Origin: Parcubacteria group bacterium
Lineage (GTDB): Bacteria; Patescibacteriota; Minisyncoccia; 2-02-FULL-40-12
NCBI GenBank assembly: GCA_016186395.1
Contig: JACPLU010000002.1
Location: forward strand, 11,470-75,469
Direction: 5' to 3'
Length of the DNA: 64,000 nucleotides
The position numbers and the translations under genes were made by a program. Positions 8,509 to 18,966 of the stretch are shown in pieces (position 1 is the stretch's first letter; every line of letters begins with the position of its first letter). The notes below the pieces were generated by a model. It was not told the DNA's origin. It saw only the letters and a program-made list of their open reading frames with translations, and searched no databases.

Positions 8509-11500
8509 TCAAAAATTCTTTTTATCGATAGGAGGCATTTCGCATACCGGAAACTCTTCGGATGGTCTTTCTGGCGGAGGAGTTGCAAAAACACTAACCG
8601 AGGACGAACACCTTGTAGCTCCGTTATTACAGCTTAGTGAGTATACAGTGCTACGGTGGCTAGAGCTTGGAGTAATTGTTTTCTGGCAACTTTGTTTATC
8701 ACAAGTTACCAAACCGCTCCATTCACTGCCCGAAGGAAACCTAGAAGCCTGACAGTCAGAAACATTATTAAGTCTCCACTCTAATTCAGCAGATTCACCT
8801 TGAGGAATTCTGGACGGCACAATGTTTAAGATACAACTTTTTGTTCCCCTTTCTTCAACTATAAGATTAACCCGACAAATGGCCGAACTGTTTTGGACGT
8901 TAGCCGCTGTTGCCCTAATTTGAGCATTATAATTTCCCGCTCTAAGATTAGAAATATTTATTCCAATAACGCTTTTCACTATGCGATCTTGTTCAATATG
9001 ATTTGTGTTCCCAATAATGCTTGTTTTATTAATTACGCCCAGATTCAACCAACTGGCATTTTCAACTTTCTGAAAATTTAATTGATCATGTCTAGCCTCA
9101 TTTGATCCTCCAGTTATATCAAGGTATAAATCTTCTACTGTCGGCGGTGGATCTCCTATTTGATAGTTAAAATTAAGAACAGATGAACCTTCTTTAGAGG
9201 AGCACCCTAAGACGGCTTCATTGGGTTCCTTATCTTGGTCAACATTAATAACCGCATCACAGGTTGCCTGATTTTCATTTCCTCTCACTAGCATTGTATA
9301 TTTTGTTGTTTTATCAGGTGAAACAATTGTATTACCAGAAGAAACGTTATTAATTTTAATAATCCGACTATCAAGATTATTACTTATCTCCCCTTCTTCT
9401 GCTCCGGTAGATGCCCAAGCTAAAGTGGAAAACTGGCCATTGATAATATTTATTGGGTTAGCCGTTAGGTTACAAGAGATGCTCTTATAAACAAACACAG
9501 CTTTTACTTTATCGTTGTTACCTACATTAGAAACAAGCGATGGAATCTTGTCACTCTCTGTGAATAATTTATCTGTCCTGCCATTTGGATGCTCGATAAA
9601 GATCTCTATATGATTAAAGACTGCTTTTGAATTTCCGGGAAAGAAATCATCAGCTGGCCTTTGGATTGTCCAGCTACCGGTTGCATAACCATCTTGATAT
9701 CCGCTTTGAGGCCAAGGTACAATATTTTGACTTTCAGTTTTAGTTGGAGTTACAACATGCCATTGATTCTTAAATACCCCGGACTGATTTTCTGCTGAGT
9801 CTATCCTAGCCTCAACTCTAAGTGAAGCGGTTTTCGTTTTTCCAGCCTCGTCAACTTTTAAAATTACATTGCAAACAGCTTGACCCTGAATATTTCTAAC
9901 ATTAGTTGCTTTAACCAAAACTCTCGCATCATAAATTCCAGCTTTAAGACCAGTTATATTAACTTGGGCTGATTTTTTAACCAAATTATTTGTCTGATTG
10001 GTGTTACCGGTTATCTTTAAAGGCAGGGCTCCAACAAGACTAAGCCAATTGGCTTGATCCAATTTTTCCATAGAAAAACCTTCATGAGGTATGTATTGAG
10101 AGACAATCGGACCATCTTCAATTTTTAACAATAAATCTTGAACAGACGGATTAACTCCACCCGCAGTAGCTTGAAATTGAAGGTCAGTACAACTTAAAAT
10201 CGGCAAGTCTGGAACCGGAAACGGTAAAACATCTACTCCACAAAGGGCTTTTTGGTCACCGCTTGTAACTTCAGTCGGCAATTTAAACCCCGGCAAAAAG
10301 AATCTTGGTGAATAAACTTTACTGGTACTAAGCGGTGGAGTTGCACCTAAAGGACCTTTCCACTGATAAACCCCATTCCCTCCATTAGCAGTAAAATTAA
10401 CTTGTTCAAATTGAAGAATTCTTTGTTTATCTGAAGTACAGGTTAAAATTTGATTTTTGACAGTAATCCTTATGGTTACTTCGGTTTCACTTCGCCCATA
10501 ACCACTTCTGCTTAATTGATCGCCAGTATTGTATCTCACCCCCGTATCCTGTATGTTCGGAAACTCTAAATAGACCGGACCGGCAAACTTAACTTTGGCT
10601 TCGTAAACCCCCGGCGCTAAGTCCCTTACACTGTCACTTAATACAAACTTAACTAGTTGATCTTGAGTATAAACAGAAAATGGATGGCTGGGGTTGGCTG
10701 TACATTTATTACCAGCTGATCGCTCACAATTAGTTAATTTAGCTACTTGGGGAAACTCGACTGTCGAAATCCAACCACCTCCCTGCTTGTATTCAATTGA
10801 ACCTTCCTGTTTCCAACCGGCTATTACTTCCGGGTTAACTGATTGATCCAAAAATGGTTTGGCCAAATTTTTAATAGAAGTTTGTAAGTTAGGAAGCGTG
10901 GTTCCACTACCCTTAATAACCGTACCCTCAACCACCAAAGGTTGAGCGTTAAGATTGGTAACCCCGCAGTTTCCATAAACCCAGCCAATTAGTACATTAG
11001 TTAAGGGATCATTTATGCCCGGGGTCATGCCTTCATGCTTAACAGAACCTTTTAAATCAAAAATATTCCATCCATCGTGAAGTGCTGTATTAGTAATAAA
11101 ACTGGCTTCGGCTGATTTGTAATTTTGAGTGTCTAAAATATTGCTAATATTTCCAGCCAGACCTCGCGGTCGGTTAATGCTTTGCCCATCATACCTACCA
11201 TAACCCCACTGGGCCGGTAATTTTTCAAAACCTTGTTCATAAAATTTAAGAGGTAAAGATGTGTCAGTGGCTCGAAATAAAAAAGTGGCTTTTCGTGAAG
11301 ATAATTCGCAAGCAGACCAGCCAATATCTCTACCAAAATATAAATAATCTAAATTAAAAGTAAGGACTTTGCCATTTTCTAAAATTGCTTTATCTCCCCC
11401 ATTTCCTCCATTATCTGAATTTATTCGCCAGAGGGCATGAACATTTCCATTTGTATGGGTTTGAGCTTTTATAACCCAACTTCCAGCAGGCACATTGTTT

Positions 11501-12621
11501 AAAACTACTGGATTTTCATGACCGGAAATCTGGGAACTATAATATGGCTGTTTACTAACATCTCCATCCGGACCGTAAAGAGCAAAACTGACTCCAACTT
11601 GTTCTGGCCAAAGTTTATCTTCAATATTTGTAAAAACCTTAATCGTACTTACTCTACTTAGTACCGTCTTGTAAACAAGAACTATTTTAATTTTTTCGTC
11701 CTTATTCGTTTGTAAACTAAATTCCTGACCGCCGCCGCAGTTTAAAAAACACTGATCGTTTTTCCAAAATTCCATATATTCATACCTGGCTTCAGTACCT
11801 GGAAACTTTTCGTCGTTCGGAGGATGGGCTTGCCAAAGACCTATCTTATATCCAGATTTATAATTATCCGGATTAGAATCCGGCCAAGAAACACTTTTTT
11901 CCTGTTCCGTAATAGTCGGTGTTATAACACGCCATGAATCTATAAAATTCCCGGCCCGTGTTTGATTATCAACACTTGCTTCAACTCGCAACTTTGCAAA
12001 AAGTGTCGGAGGCTGAACAACAAATTCTAATTCTGGTATCGCACAAATGTCAGGATCGTCATATAGATCAGTATGAGCAATAGCACACAACGAAAGTGTG
12101 TGTCTACCAGGAGAAAGATTGGCAACAGAAATAGCACAATTAGCGGAAGGAACGGAACAATCAAATGAATAAAGATACTCCTTTTCAGTACCAGATCTAT
12201 CAGCGCAAGTTCTATCTTGTCCTATCTGAATTCTGGTAAGCGGGACAACCCCGCTTCCGTTTGTCCCGTTATCAATTTTATATTGAGCTCGGTCAGTCAA
12301 CCGAGAAATCCCACCAGTTTCATTGGGCACATCAGCAACTAAAATTGCCGCATCATAACGAAAAACGGCTGGTGCTGGACAAACCTGCCCCTGATTATAA
12401 ATCCCGCCATGGGCAGTACCGTCCATAAAAAGCTGTGAGCCGTCAGTAGACTGAACCAGTTTTTCAATCTCAATTCCGGCCTTTACCTTAATAGGCCCCG
12501 ACGGTTGACTTTGGGCTTCAACATTAGAAAAAACTAAAAGCAGACCAATTAATACAATTGAAATCCCAAATGGAAAGTATAGTTTTCTTAAACCCTTGAT
12601 CATCTTACAAACTGTAGACAA
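8509..12621 (-). CDS. Large secreted Cys-containing protein with repeated Ig/BACON-like modules
   Basis: 1370 aa; N-terminal signal/TM; internal duplications (LRVEA..D...W.V.TPT...WP x2; NWL.L...I.GNTN...I..L.AG.Y.A x2). Confidence 0.65.
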   Translation of the reverse strand: MSTVCKMIKGLRKLYFPFGISIVLIGLLLVFSNVEAQSQPSGPIKVKAGIEIEKLVQSTDGSQLFMDGTAHGGIYNQGQVCPAPAVFRYDAAILVADVPNETGGISRLTDRAQYKIDNGTNGSGVVPLTRIQIGQDRTCADRSGTEKEYLYSFDCSVPSANCAISVANLSPGRHTLSLCAIAHTDLYDDPDICAIPELEFVVQPPTLFAKLRVEASVDNQTRAGNFIDSWRVITPTITEQEKSVSWPDSNPDNYKSGYKIGLWQAHPPNDEKFPGTEARYEYMEFWKNDQCFLNCGGGQEFSLQTNKDEKIKIVLVYKTVLSRVSTIKVFTNIEDKLWPEQVGVSFALYGPDGDVSKQPYYSSQISGHENPVVLNNVPAGSWVIKAQTHTNGNVHALWRINSDNGGNGGDKAILENGKVLTFNLDYLYFGRDIGWSACELSSRKATFLFRATDTSLPLKFYEQGFEKLPAQWGYGRYDGQSINRPRGLAGNISNILDTQNYKSAEASFITNTALHDGWNIFDLKGSVKHEGMTPGINDPLTNVLIGWVYGNCGVTNLNAQPLVVEGTVIKGSGTTLPNLQTSIKNLAKPFLDQSVNPEVIAGWKQEGSIEYKQGGGWISTVEFPQVAKLTNCERSAGNKCTANPSHPFSVYTQDQLVKFVLSDSVRDLAPGVYEAKVKFAGPVYLEFPNIQDTGVRYNTGDQLSRSGYGRSETEVTIRITVKNQILTCTSDKQRILQFEQVNFTANGGNGVYQWKGPLGATPPLSTSKVYSPRFFLPGFKLPTEVTSGDQKALCGVDVLPFPVPDLPILSCTDLQFQATAGGVNPSVQDLLLKIEDGPIVSQYIPHEGFSMEKLDQANWLSLVGALPLKITGNTNQTNNLVKKSAQVNITGLKAGIYDARVLVKATNVRNIQGQAVCNVILKVDEAGKTKTASLRVEARIDSAENQSGVFKNQWHVVTPTKTESQNIVPWPQSGYQDGYATGSWTIQRPADDFFPGNSKAVFNHIEIFIEHPNGRTDKLFTESDKIPSLVSNVGNNDKVKAVFVYKSISCNLTANPINIINGQFSTLAWASTGAEEGEISNNLDSRIIKINNVSSGNTIVSPDKTTKYTMLVRGNENQATCDAVINVDQDKEPNEAVLGCSSKEGSSVLNFNYQIGDPPPTVEDLYLDITGGSNEARHDQLNFQKVENASWLNLGVINKTSIIGNTNHIEQDRIVKSVIGINISNLRAGNYNAQIRATAANVQNSSAICRVNLIVEERGTKSCILNIVPSRIPQGESAELEWRLNNVSDCQASRFPSGSEWSGLVTCDKQSCQKTITPSSSHRSTVYSLSCNNGATRCSSSVSVFATPPPERPSEEFPVCEMPPIDKKNF

Positions 12622-13132
12622 GATTTACCAAAACATTTTTTTGTAAATCCATACTCGCGCTAAAAACAAAAGTTTCATTCTTAGAACCCACACCGTATAA
12701 AGCTACAAAGTCCTTATCACTGGTTTTATTGGTAATTTGATAAGCAGATGTCTTTAGAAAGTTTTCATAGATTGCTAAATTCTCGTTCAGAGTTTTTTTG
12801 GAAACAAATTGTACAGAAACCAAATTTTTAGAAGAGTCAAGATATTTCTGTTTAGAAGAACCTAAAATCTGAACTCCGGCTTCAATCGGCACGTTAGATG
12901 GAAATTCTTTTTTAATAGTTTCTATATTTAGCGGCAAGGAAGAAACTAAAACTTGGCTAGGTGAGGATAGACTCGGCATAGGAGTAGGCTGTTTTTTGAA
13001 ACGAGACACAAAAACGCTTCTAAATACAAAGGCGGCCAAACCAATTAATACAATTATTAACAAGATTAAAAAAGTCTTTTTATTGGAATTCTGATTCTGA
13101 CTCACGTTGATTTGATTTTCAATTTCAGGCAT
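12605..13132 (-). CDS. Hypothetical single-pass membrane protein
   Basis: N-terminal TM; FPSNVPI motif; overlaps the next gene as in an operon. Confidence 0.65.
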   Translation of the reverse strand: MPEIENQINVSQNQNSNKKTFLILLIIVLIGLAAFVFRSVFVSRFKKQPTPMPSLSSPSQVLVSSLPLNIETIKKEFPSNVPIEAGVQILGSSKQKYLDSSKNLVSVQFVSKKTLNENLAIYENFLKTSAYQITNKTSDKDFVALYGVGSKNETFVFSASMDLQKNVLVNLVYSL

Positions 13133-13182
13133 CTGTATAATCCGGACTCAAGAACTATTTTTGATAGCCCCTAAATTCTGAT

Positions 13183-14634
13183 TTATTTAAAATAGGTGTC
13201 ATAACACCATTGAACGCGTGGCGCAAAAGATCTTATTTGAGCATACGTATTTTCTGAAAATGTTTCATTTGGCTTATCAACGTCACTACAAACGTTGTGA
13301 GGCGCTGGACCACTCCATAAACATTCCCAATTCTTAGTCGGTTCATTATTGTTCGGACAAATAGAACAGCTTTCACTGCCACTTTCAGTACAGGCTGAAC
13401 TTTTTTCACAAACTGATTTTCCGCCCAAGAACCCAGCGGCAATGTCTCTAACATCTTTTGGGCCCGAACCGCAAACGGCTATTAAGTTTTGACTATTAAT
13501 CCAGGCTCCGGCTAAATTGATAATTTTTTGAGTGTTATCTATATTTGTTAGCCAACTTTCACCAATACTTTCATTTATTCCCACCAACGATTTTAATTGG
13601 TTTGCCTTAGCAACCGTAAATTGAAAGATTCCGAAACGATTTTCGTTCTCTACAAGAGGATTACCGCCGGATAAACGGGCGGCTAAAGATTTTAATAAAC
13701 TCATTGATTCAACTTGAGTCAACCCATTAATTTGAGGAATTCTTAAATTTTCGAACAATTTATTAACCTGATTTGGACTGCATTCATCTTCGATAGAGCC
13801 GCATATCGGTAAATTTGAATCCGAACATTGAGCACCCAAACAAGTTCCACATTGAAGCGGATCTTGAACTTTTACAGTACAGACCGCTGTTTGATTTTCA
13901 TTCCCTCTTTTAACTTCAGCAGTAAATTTACCTTTAGGAAGACTGACTTTTAATGGGTTGCCGTTTCGAGAAACTTTTACTGTTCCGTCTGAATTTTGTA
14001 TACTCCAATGATATTCCCCCTCTTGACCACCTTCCGCCGTTAAATCCACTTCCACTTCCGTTTGATTTGAACTTTCCAAATATTTTGTTTGATCTTTCGG
14101 CTTACAAATTAGTTCGCCAGGAACACCGCCGTCTCCTTCACCGCAATAAATTGGGAACGTATACCATTTGGCCGGCACCTCTCCAAAGTCAGAAGAAAAA
14201 CCGACATATTTTGAAACTTGAGATAAAGCTGAATTTACAATTAACCACGAACCAAGAATCAAAGCTACGCCGATACCAGTCGTTCGCAAAAGTCCAATTC
14301 CCTTAGCCACCCAGATAGTACTTCCTGAACCGAACAAAATCATTGCACCCCCTGCAACAACAAAAACTATTGTAAGAGGCGGGGTGACATCTTTCAAAAT
14401 AAAATCAGAAATATTCTGACCAAGAACAAAAAAATGACAAGTACTACATTTTTCATTTGGTGTACCTTTCTGATCCTGCCGACCACAAGGTACTAACGGT
14501 GCAGCCCAAACAAATTGAACTACAAAAGAAAATAAAATCAGCGATACAAAAAGAATCGCAAAAAATGCAATCAAATAATGATTCCTAGAATAAAATTCCT
14601 GAATCATCTTTAAATTCATTATACAAAATGCCAC
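13183..14634 (-). CDS. TrbC/VirB2-like pilin domain fused to PKD-like and lytic-transglycosylase-like domains
   Basis: LVPCG...CSTCHFF and two pilin TM helices; C-terminal LKSLAARLSGGNP...FGIFQF; Cys-rich. Confidence 0.6.
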   Translation of the reverse strand: MAFCIMNLKMIQEFYSRNHYLIAFFAILFVSLILFSFVVQFVWAAPLVPCGRQDQKGTPNEKCSTCHFFVLGQNISDFILKDVTPPLTIVFVVAGGAMILFGSGSTIWVAKGIGLLRTTGIGVALILGSWLIVNSALSQVSKYVGFSSDFGEVPAKWYTFPIYCGEGDGGVPGELICKPKDQTKYLESSNQTEVEVDLTAEGGQEGEYHWSIQNSDGTVKVSRNGNPLKVSLPKGKFTAEVKRGNENQTAVCTVKVQDPLQCGTCLGAQCSDSNLPICGSIEDECSPNQVNKLFENLRIPQINGLTQVESMSLLKSLAARLSGGNPLVENENRFGIFQFTVAKANQLKSLVGINESIGESWLTNIDNTQKIINLAGAWINSQNLIAVCGSGPKDVRDIAAGFLGGKSVCEKSSACTESGSESCSICPNNNEPTKNWECLWSGPAPHNVCSDVDKPNETFSENTYAQIRSFAPRVQWCYDTYFK

Positions 14635-14660
14635 AAAAAAGAGTTATCCCCTCACACTAA

Positions 14661-14690
14661 AACCCCGCCCCTGAGTTCAGGGGCGGGGTT
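14661..14690. repeat. GC-rich palindrome (accccgcc...ggcggggt family), possible terminator
   Basis: aaccccgcccctgagttcaggggcggggtt; relatives at 15506-15535 and inside polA at 50353-50380. Confidence 0.7.
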
Positions 14691-14714
14691 TGTAAATTCT
14701 CCTTATATCTTCTT

Positions 14715-15308
14715 TTATATCAATTCAATCACTATCTGTTTGACTCCAAATTGTTTAGCTTCATTACGACTGGGAAACCATATATCAACGCGGTTAGAAT
14801 ACCGCTTATGCATTCTATCCTCTACCACGAAAACTTTGTCACCATAGACTTCTGGAATTCTAATCAAAGTACCTATTGGCAAGAAGTTTGCCGCTACAAC
14901 CCCGTCCCTTACATGAGTTCCAGACGCAGTAATAAACGGTGTGCTATCGGTTTGATCAGGGGTTGAAGAATAAGCTGTTGCTACTACATTGTATTGTCTT
15001 TTTACAACTTCCTTAATCTGAATATTTTTCTGAACAGCCAAAGGAGACTGAATAGACAACAAACTATTTCCATAAATAAACTTACTAAAACTCTGTGGTT
15101 CGGGTTCAAGAATTTGATCACTACTATCTGCTGTACCTGAATATGAGTCGGCGCTAGTTGCTGAAAATAGACTGGCTAGCAAGGAGCCAGAATTACCAGT
15201 TATGGTTAAAAGCCCTGCTTGAGCCGAAACTGGGGATAATGAAAATAAACTAAATGCTATAATAAATGTGGCGATAAAACGCCTTAAAATATTCATTGAA
15301 TTGCGCAC
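14715..15308 (-). CDS. 3D (3-Asp) domain cell-wall hydrolase-like protein
   Basis: ATAYSSTPDQTDSTPFITASG...VAANFLPIGT...VEDRM...VDIWF...A.QFG. Confidence 0.85.
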   Translation of the reverse strand: MRNSMNILRRFIATFIIAFSLFSLSPVSAQAGLLTITGNSGSLLASLFSATSADSYSGTADSSDQILEPEPQSFSKFIYGNSLLSIQSPLAVQKNIQIKEVVKRQYNVVATAYSSTPDQTDSTPFITASGTHVRDGVVAANFLPIGTLIRIPEVYGDKVFVVEDRMHKRYSNRVDIWFPSRNEAKQFGVKQIVIELI

Positions 15309-15571
15309 GTTTTCTAAGCCCTTCTACCCTTGTCACTTTGTGACAAGGAAGCTAGAAAATATGCGTGGTTCTTGCAGAAATGGCCTAATTTAGGCCTTTT
15401 TTGCTTACCCTCACACCATTTTTGGGTGTGTTTGGGCAACTAAAAACCGCTTTTGGCGGTTCTAATACTTTATGATCTAATTATAGCAAATGGGTAGAAA
15501 AAGTCAACTCCGCCCTTTAAGCTCAAGGGTGGAGTCAAATTCTTATTTTTCCCTTGTTTTGGCCGACTAAT

Positions 15572-16627
15572 CTAGAAAATACGGGGGAAATAACTTCTAG
15601 TTGGAGTTGGTCTTGTGGTTACGGTCGGACAAATAAACTCACAGTTTGGACCAGTGCGACCCACATAACTACCGTCTGGACATCGTCTTAAATCTTGAGG
15701 GCAATAAGTTGTTTGCGTAGGCGTTGGGGATGTAGTTTGAGTAGAAGTAGGCGTTGGACTTGGACTAGTTTTTTTACCACAGTATAAAAGAATATTTTTT
15801 AACATTTGAGAATTACTTCCGTCGTCCAAACCTATCTGGTAATATCCGCCGTCCTCATCATCAATAAATGAATTTACATCAGAAAATAAAACCACAGGCC
15901 CGGACCCAGCACCCAAAAAATTCCTATCTATAATCGTTACCGAAGGAGCGTCTCTATATGGAGAACCTGGAACATAAGCATTACGTGCCAGTATTTTTGT
16001 ATACGAAGGCATAGAGGTATACCATCCGGGATAATTTTGGACAAAAGAACTAACTCCATTTAATAACGGATGGCCGATTGATGTAATAAGCCTGTTGTAA
16101 TCTGGTCCATCATCAGTACCAGTTACAGATACATTGAACGGACTAACAAAACTCCTATTAACTATGGAGGCACTTCCGTCAGTTTCATCCGTATAAGTAT
16201 CGTTATCAGTAAGAAGAACCGCACAACCGCCGCCCAACACAAAATTCTTTAACGCTGTTTGCTCAGATAAAGAAAGAGGATCAACTGCATGAGCATTATC
16301 TTTTGCAACCCCCACAAAAAGTATATCCAATGAATTCAACCCAAAAGATGTAAGAATTTCAAGCTCCGAATAAGTTGCAAAAGGGAAATTTTCAGATATG
16401 ACTTGCCTTGCTTTTTCCATTCCAGATCCTTGAGCTAATGCAAAACTTTCTCCTCTTGTTTCATCCCAGGTTCCAATTTTTAAATTCAAATTCGATAAAA
16501 CCGCTTTCCCAGTAGAAAGAGAAACATTAATTTGTTGGTTGCCAATAAGACCCTGCTGAAAAGCAACGCCTAAAACAATCGAACCGACGATAGCGATAGT
16601 GACTGTGAGCCCAATAGTTCTATCCAT
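15572..16627 (-). CDS. Secreted protein with GATase-like domain, S/T/P linker and Cys-rich CPDGSYVGR module
   Basis: E..AL.NFV..GG; CPQDLRRCPDGSYVGRTGPNCEF.CP. Confidence 0.6.
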   Translation of the reverse strand: MDRTIGLTVTIAIVGSIVLGVAFQQGLIGNQQINVSLSTGKAVLSNLNLKIGTWDETRGESFALAQGSGMEKARQVISENFPFATYSELEILTSFGLNSLDILFVGVAKDNAHAVDPLSLSEQTALKNFVLGGGCAVLLTDNDTYTDETDGSASIVNRSFVSPFNVSVTGTDDGPDYNRLITSIGHPLLNGVSSFVQNYPGWYTSMPSYTKILARNAYVPGSPYRDAPSVTIIDRNFLGAGSGPVVLFSDVNSFIDDEDGGYYQIGLDDGSNSQMLKNILLYCGKKTSPSPTPTSTQTTSPTPTQTTYCPQDLRRCPDGSYVGRTGPNCEFICPTVTTRPTPTRSYFPRIF

Positions 16628-16770
16628 CTCGTTAGAGGTAGCCCGCCCAAGGTCCTTCGGATCGCGCGTAGCGCGCAGCAGACGAGCCCCGTTAGAGATA
16701 AGAAATTTAGATTTCTAGCTGATTCGAGATTGTGAATCGGATCTCAAACGGGGCGAGACCTCCAACGGGA
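16626..16770. repeat. Nested ccgttagag...ctctaacgg family element
   Basis: Outer and inner copies of the same termini; inner part matches 46678-46746 in reverse orientation. Confidence 0.7.
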
Positions 16771-16926
16771 TCCATATATCTATTTTAGAGACAATGGTAA
16801 AACTTGCAATAAACATTATCCACCTCAAACTCAAGAGTCCTTTACAGCAGGGCCAATAGAGAACATTGGAAAACTTTGTTCAATGAAATCTATGGGTATT
16901 TTATTAGAAATCCAGACTTTTAACTT

Positions 16927-17748
16927 TTAATGCTCTCTAGAAATATCTTCGTAATAAAACGGGTCAATCCAGACATAACTTCCATCATCTTTTTTAATAA
17001 AATTGTCTGTTTTTATTGCCATTTTTAATCTGTTCGCTAAATCAATCCTTATATTCTTCCATAGTTCATCTTTCTCGATCTGTTTCTTCTTTATGTATCC
17101 CACCAATAATTCGACGAGTTTTGATGCCTTTGCTAGTACTTCTTCTTGCGAAGGTTCCGTTCCGTTTTCAAATTTAATACAAGAAACCTGTCCTGATGCA
17201 AATAAAAATGTTGGCATTTTTATGCCTAGTTTATTTAATTCTTCCCTTAAATCAGCTTCAATAGACTGTGCCTGAAGCATCTCATTAATATAGGGCTGAG
17301 AAACATCACCGAAATGTCTCATTTTGGGAACTTCCGTTTTTAAGATATACTTTTCTTCTCCTATCTCTAAGACATAAACCTTAGATTGTCCACCTCTTGT
17401 TAAAGCCTTTAGTTTGGCACCGCTGGACAAGTCAACCCATTCTTTAGGTTTCATGGTACCTTCTTGAAAAGTATTCTCTATTTCGATAAGACCCCTTTCG
17501 ATCTCTTTCAATAATCCTGGGTAAGATTTAATTAGCCTCTCACCAAATGGAGAAAGCAACAACGATGCTTTTATCGCATCGTAATCTCTATCAAAATAAG
17601 ATAAGTCAGGAGACCTAAAAAGACGATTACCAAATCTGTCTCTGCCGTTTTTCTCTTCTTTAAAATGTTTTACGGTTGCCGTTTTGTCTTCTCTTAATTT
17701 TTGTTCCGCATACCTTTCTGGCAGCGGCGTTTCAAATCTTGGTGGCAT
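16927..17748 (-). CDS. Hypothetical protein, possible atypical kinase-like fold
   Basis: LTRGGQSKVY...ILK...E; IKTDNFI; WIDP. Confidence 0.55.
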   Translation of the reverse strand: MPPRFETPLPERYAEQKLREDKTATVKHFKEEKNGRDRFGNRLFRSPDLSYFDRDYDAIKASLLLSPFGERLIKSYPGLLKEIERGLIEIENTFQEGTMKPKEWVDLSSGAKLKALTRGGQSKVYVLEIGEEKYILKTEVPKMRHFGDVSQPYINEMLQAQSIEADLREELNKLGIKMPTFLFASGQVSCIKFENGTEPSQEEVLAKASKLVELLVGYIKKKQIEKDELWKNIRIDLANRLKMAIKTDNFIKKDDGSYVWIDPFYYEDISREH

Positions 17749-17766
17749 ATGGTTAATTTAAAAAAA

Positions 17767-17856
17767 TGGCAGGGGTTAAGGGATGCGTTCAGAACTATAA
17801 ATTGGGCTATTATTAAGCGTGATTTACAGCCAATCGCATCCTTTGGGTTTAATTAA
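17767..17856 (+). other. Left att junction plus displaced 3' end of the serine recombinase gene
   Basis: tggcag (reverse complement CTGCCA, tRNA 3' end) then GLRDAFRTINWAIIKRDLQPIASFGFN*, in frame with the recombinase after excision. Confidence 0.8.
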
Positions 17857-17918
17857 CCAAGTATAACAAATTCAGAAGGCCTATCCAGATTGGCTTTCTG
17901 AATAGGCCATTGTGGCCA

Positions 17919-18134
17919 CTAGGTCGTGACCAGCTCTTGAAGGCCACAGTGCGAACAATCCATCTCCTCTCTTGTGCCCCGAATGGGCTTATATCTCGCC
18001 CCTTGATGGTTGCACTTCGCCTGAAGAACACCCAGAAGCCTCGAACCTTCAGCTTCGTTTAGTATCCCAGAGGCAACCATAGACCCGATGGCTCTCCTGA
18101 TCGAGCGTATCTCGCTTCTACTGAGTTGTTTCAT
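17919..18134 (-). CDS. Small hypothetical protein, possible Zn-binding (CxH...CxxC)
   Basis: CNH...CSHCG; co-oriented with the cassette; ggagt-like context is weak. Confidence 0.45.
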   Translation of the reverse strand: MKQLSRSEIRSIRRAIGSMVASGILNEAEGSRLLGVLQAKCNHQGARYKPIRGTREEMDCSHCGLQELVTT

Positions 18135-18164
18135 CCTAAAGACCTCGGAGTAGATATAGCATAC

Positions 18165-18950
18165 TTACTGGCCTTCTACCAAATTCCTGAGATGACTAAT
18201 GTCTTGCTGGCAAATCTTGCAATCACAGCCTGTTTTCTCTATATCTATTCGTCCGCCTAGCTTATTCAATATATGGTCAATCATTTTCGTCCAATGGGTA
18301 AATTTGTCATCCATATTTTTGGCCGACAGAATTTTGGTCAAAATATCCCTGAGCTTAGGATCCCACTTCTTTAAGTCTGACAGCGTCTTCTTGTTACTGG
18401 TGTGCCAGCGACCGACTATCTCATAATACATATCAAGAATATCTCGCAGTCCCGTATGCATCACGTGATTAGCAGCAACAGGATCAGTATGTAAATGCCT
18501 TTTCACCTTTAAATCTTCATTTAGAATAACAAACCTGACCCAGTCGTGTTTGGATTTAGAATATTTTTTAGGAAGCCTTCTCTTTTTTGCGTCGGCAATA
18601 AGGTCTTTTAGTTTTCCATCTTTATCAAACAAGACTATGGACTCGGAAACAATAGGTATTCTCTTTGCTCGCTCGAGTTCCTTTTCAGTATCTTCTCTTA
18701 ATCTTTCTATAGAGTTAAAGCTTATATCAAGTTTGATCCCGTCAATTCTTATATGGTTAAGCTCAGAATGGTCTTTTCCACCAACAACAACCTTTACGTC
18801 TATGTCACTACCCTTAACAAACTCTCCTCTCACGGATGAACCAAAAATAAGGCAAGCTCTATACCTTTCGTCATCTTTAAGCTTTTTTAGAATACTAAAA
18901 ACTTTAGCAACACGACGATTAAGTTCTTTGTTGTTGGAGTATATGGACAT
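18165..18950 (-). CDS. Pol-beta superfamily nucleotidyltransferase
   Basis: IFGSSVRGE...SDIDV; third Asp in LDISF; helical C-terminal domain. Confidence 0.8.
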   Translation of the reverse strand: MSIYSNNKELNRRVAKVFSILKKLKDDERYRACLIFGSSVRGEFVKGSDIDVKVVVGGKDHSELNHIRIDGIKLDISFNSIERLREDTEKELERAKRIPIVSESIVLFDKDGKLKDLIADAKKRRLPKKYSKSKHDWVRFVILNEDLKVKRHLHTDPVAANHVMHTGLRDILDMYYEIVGRWHTSNKKTLSDLKKWDPKLRDILTKILSAKNMDDKFTHWTKMIDHILNKLGGRIDIEKTGCDCKICQQDISHLRNLVEGQ

Positions 18951-18966
18951 AAAAGAGTTTTGACAC

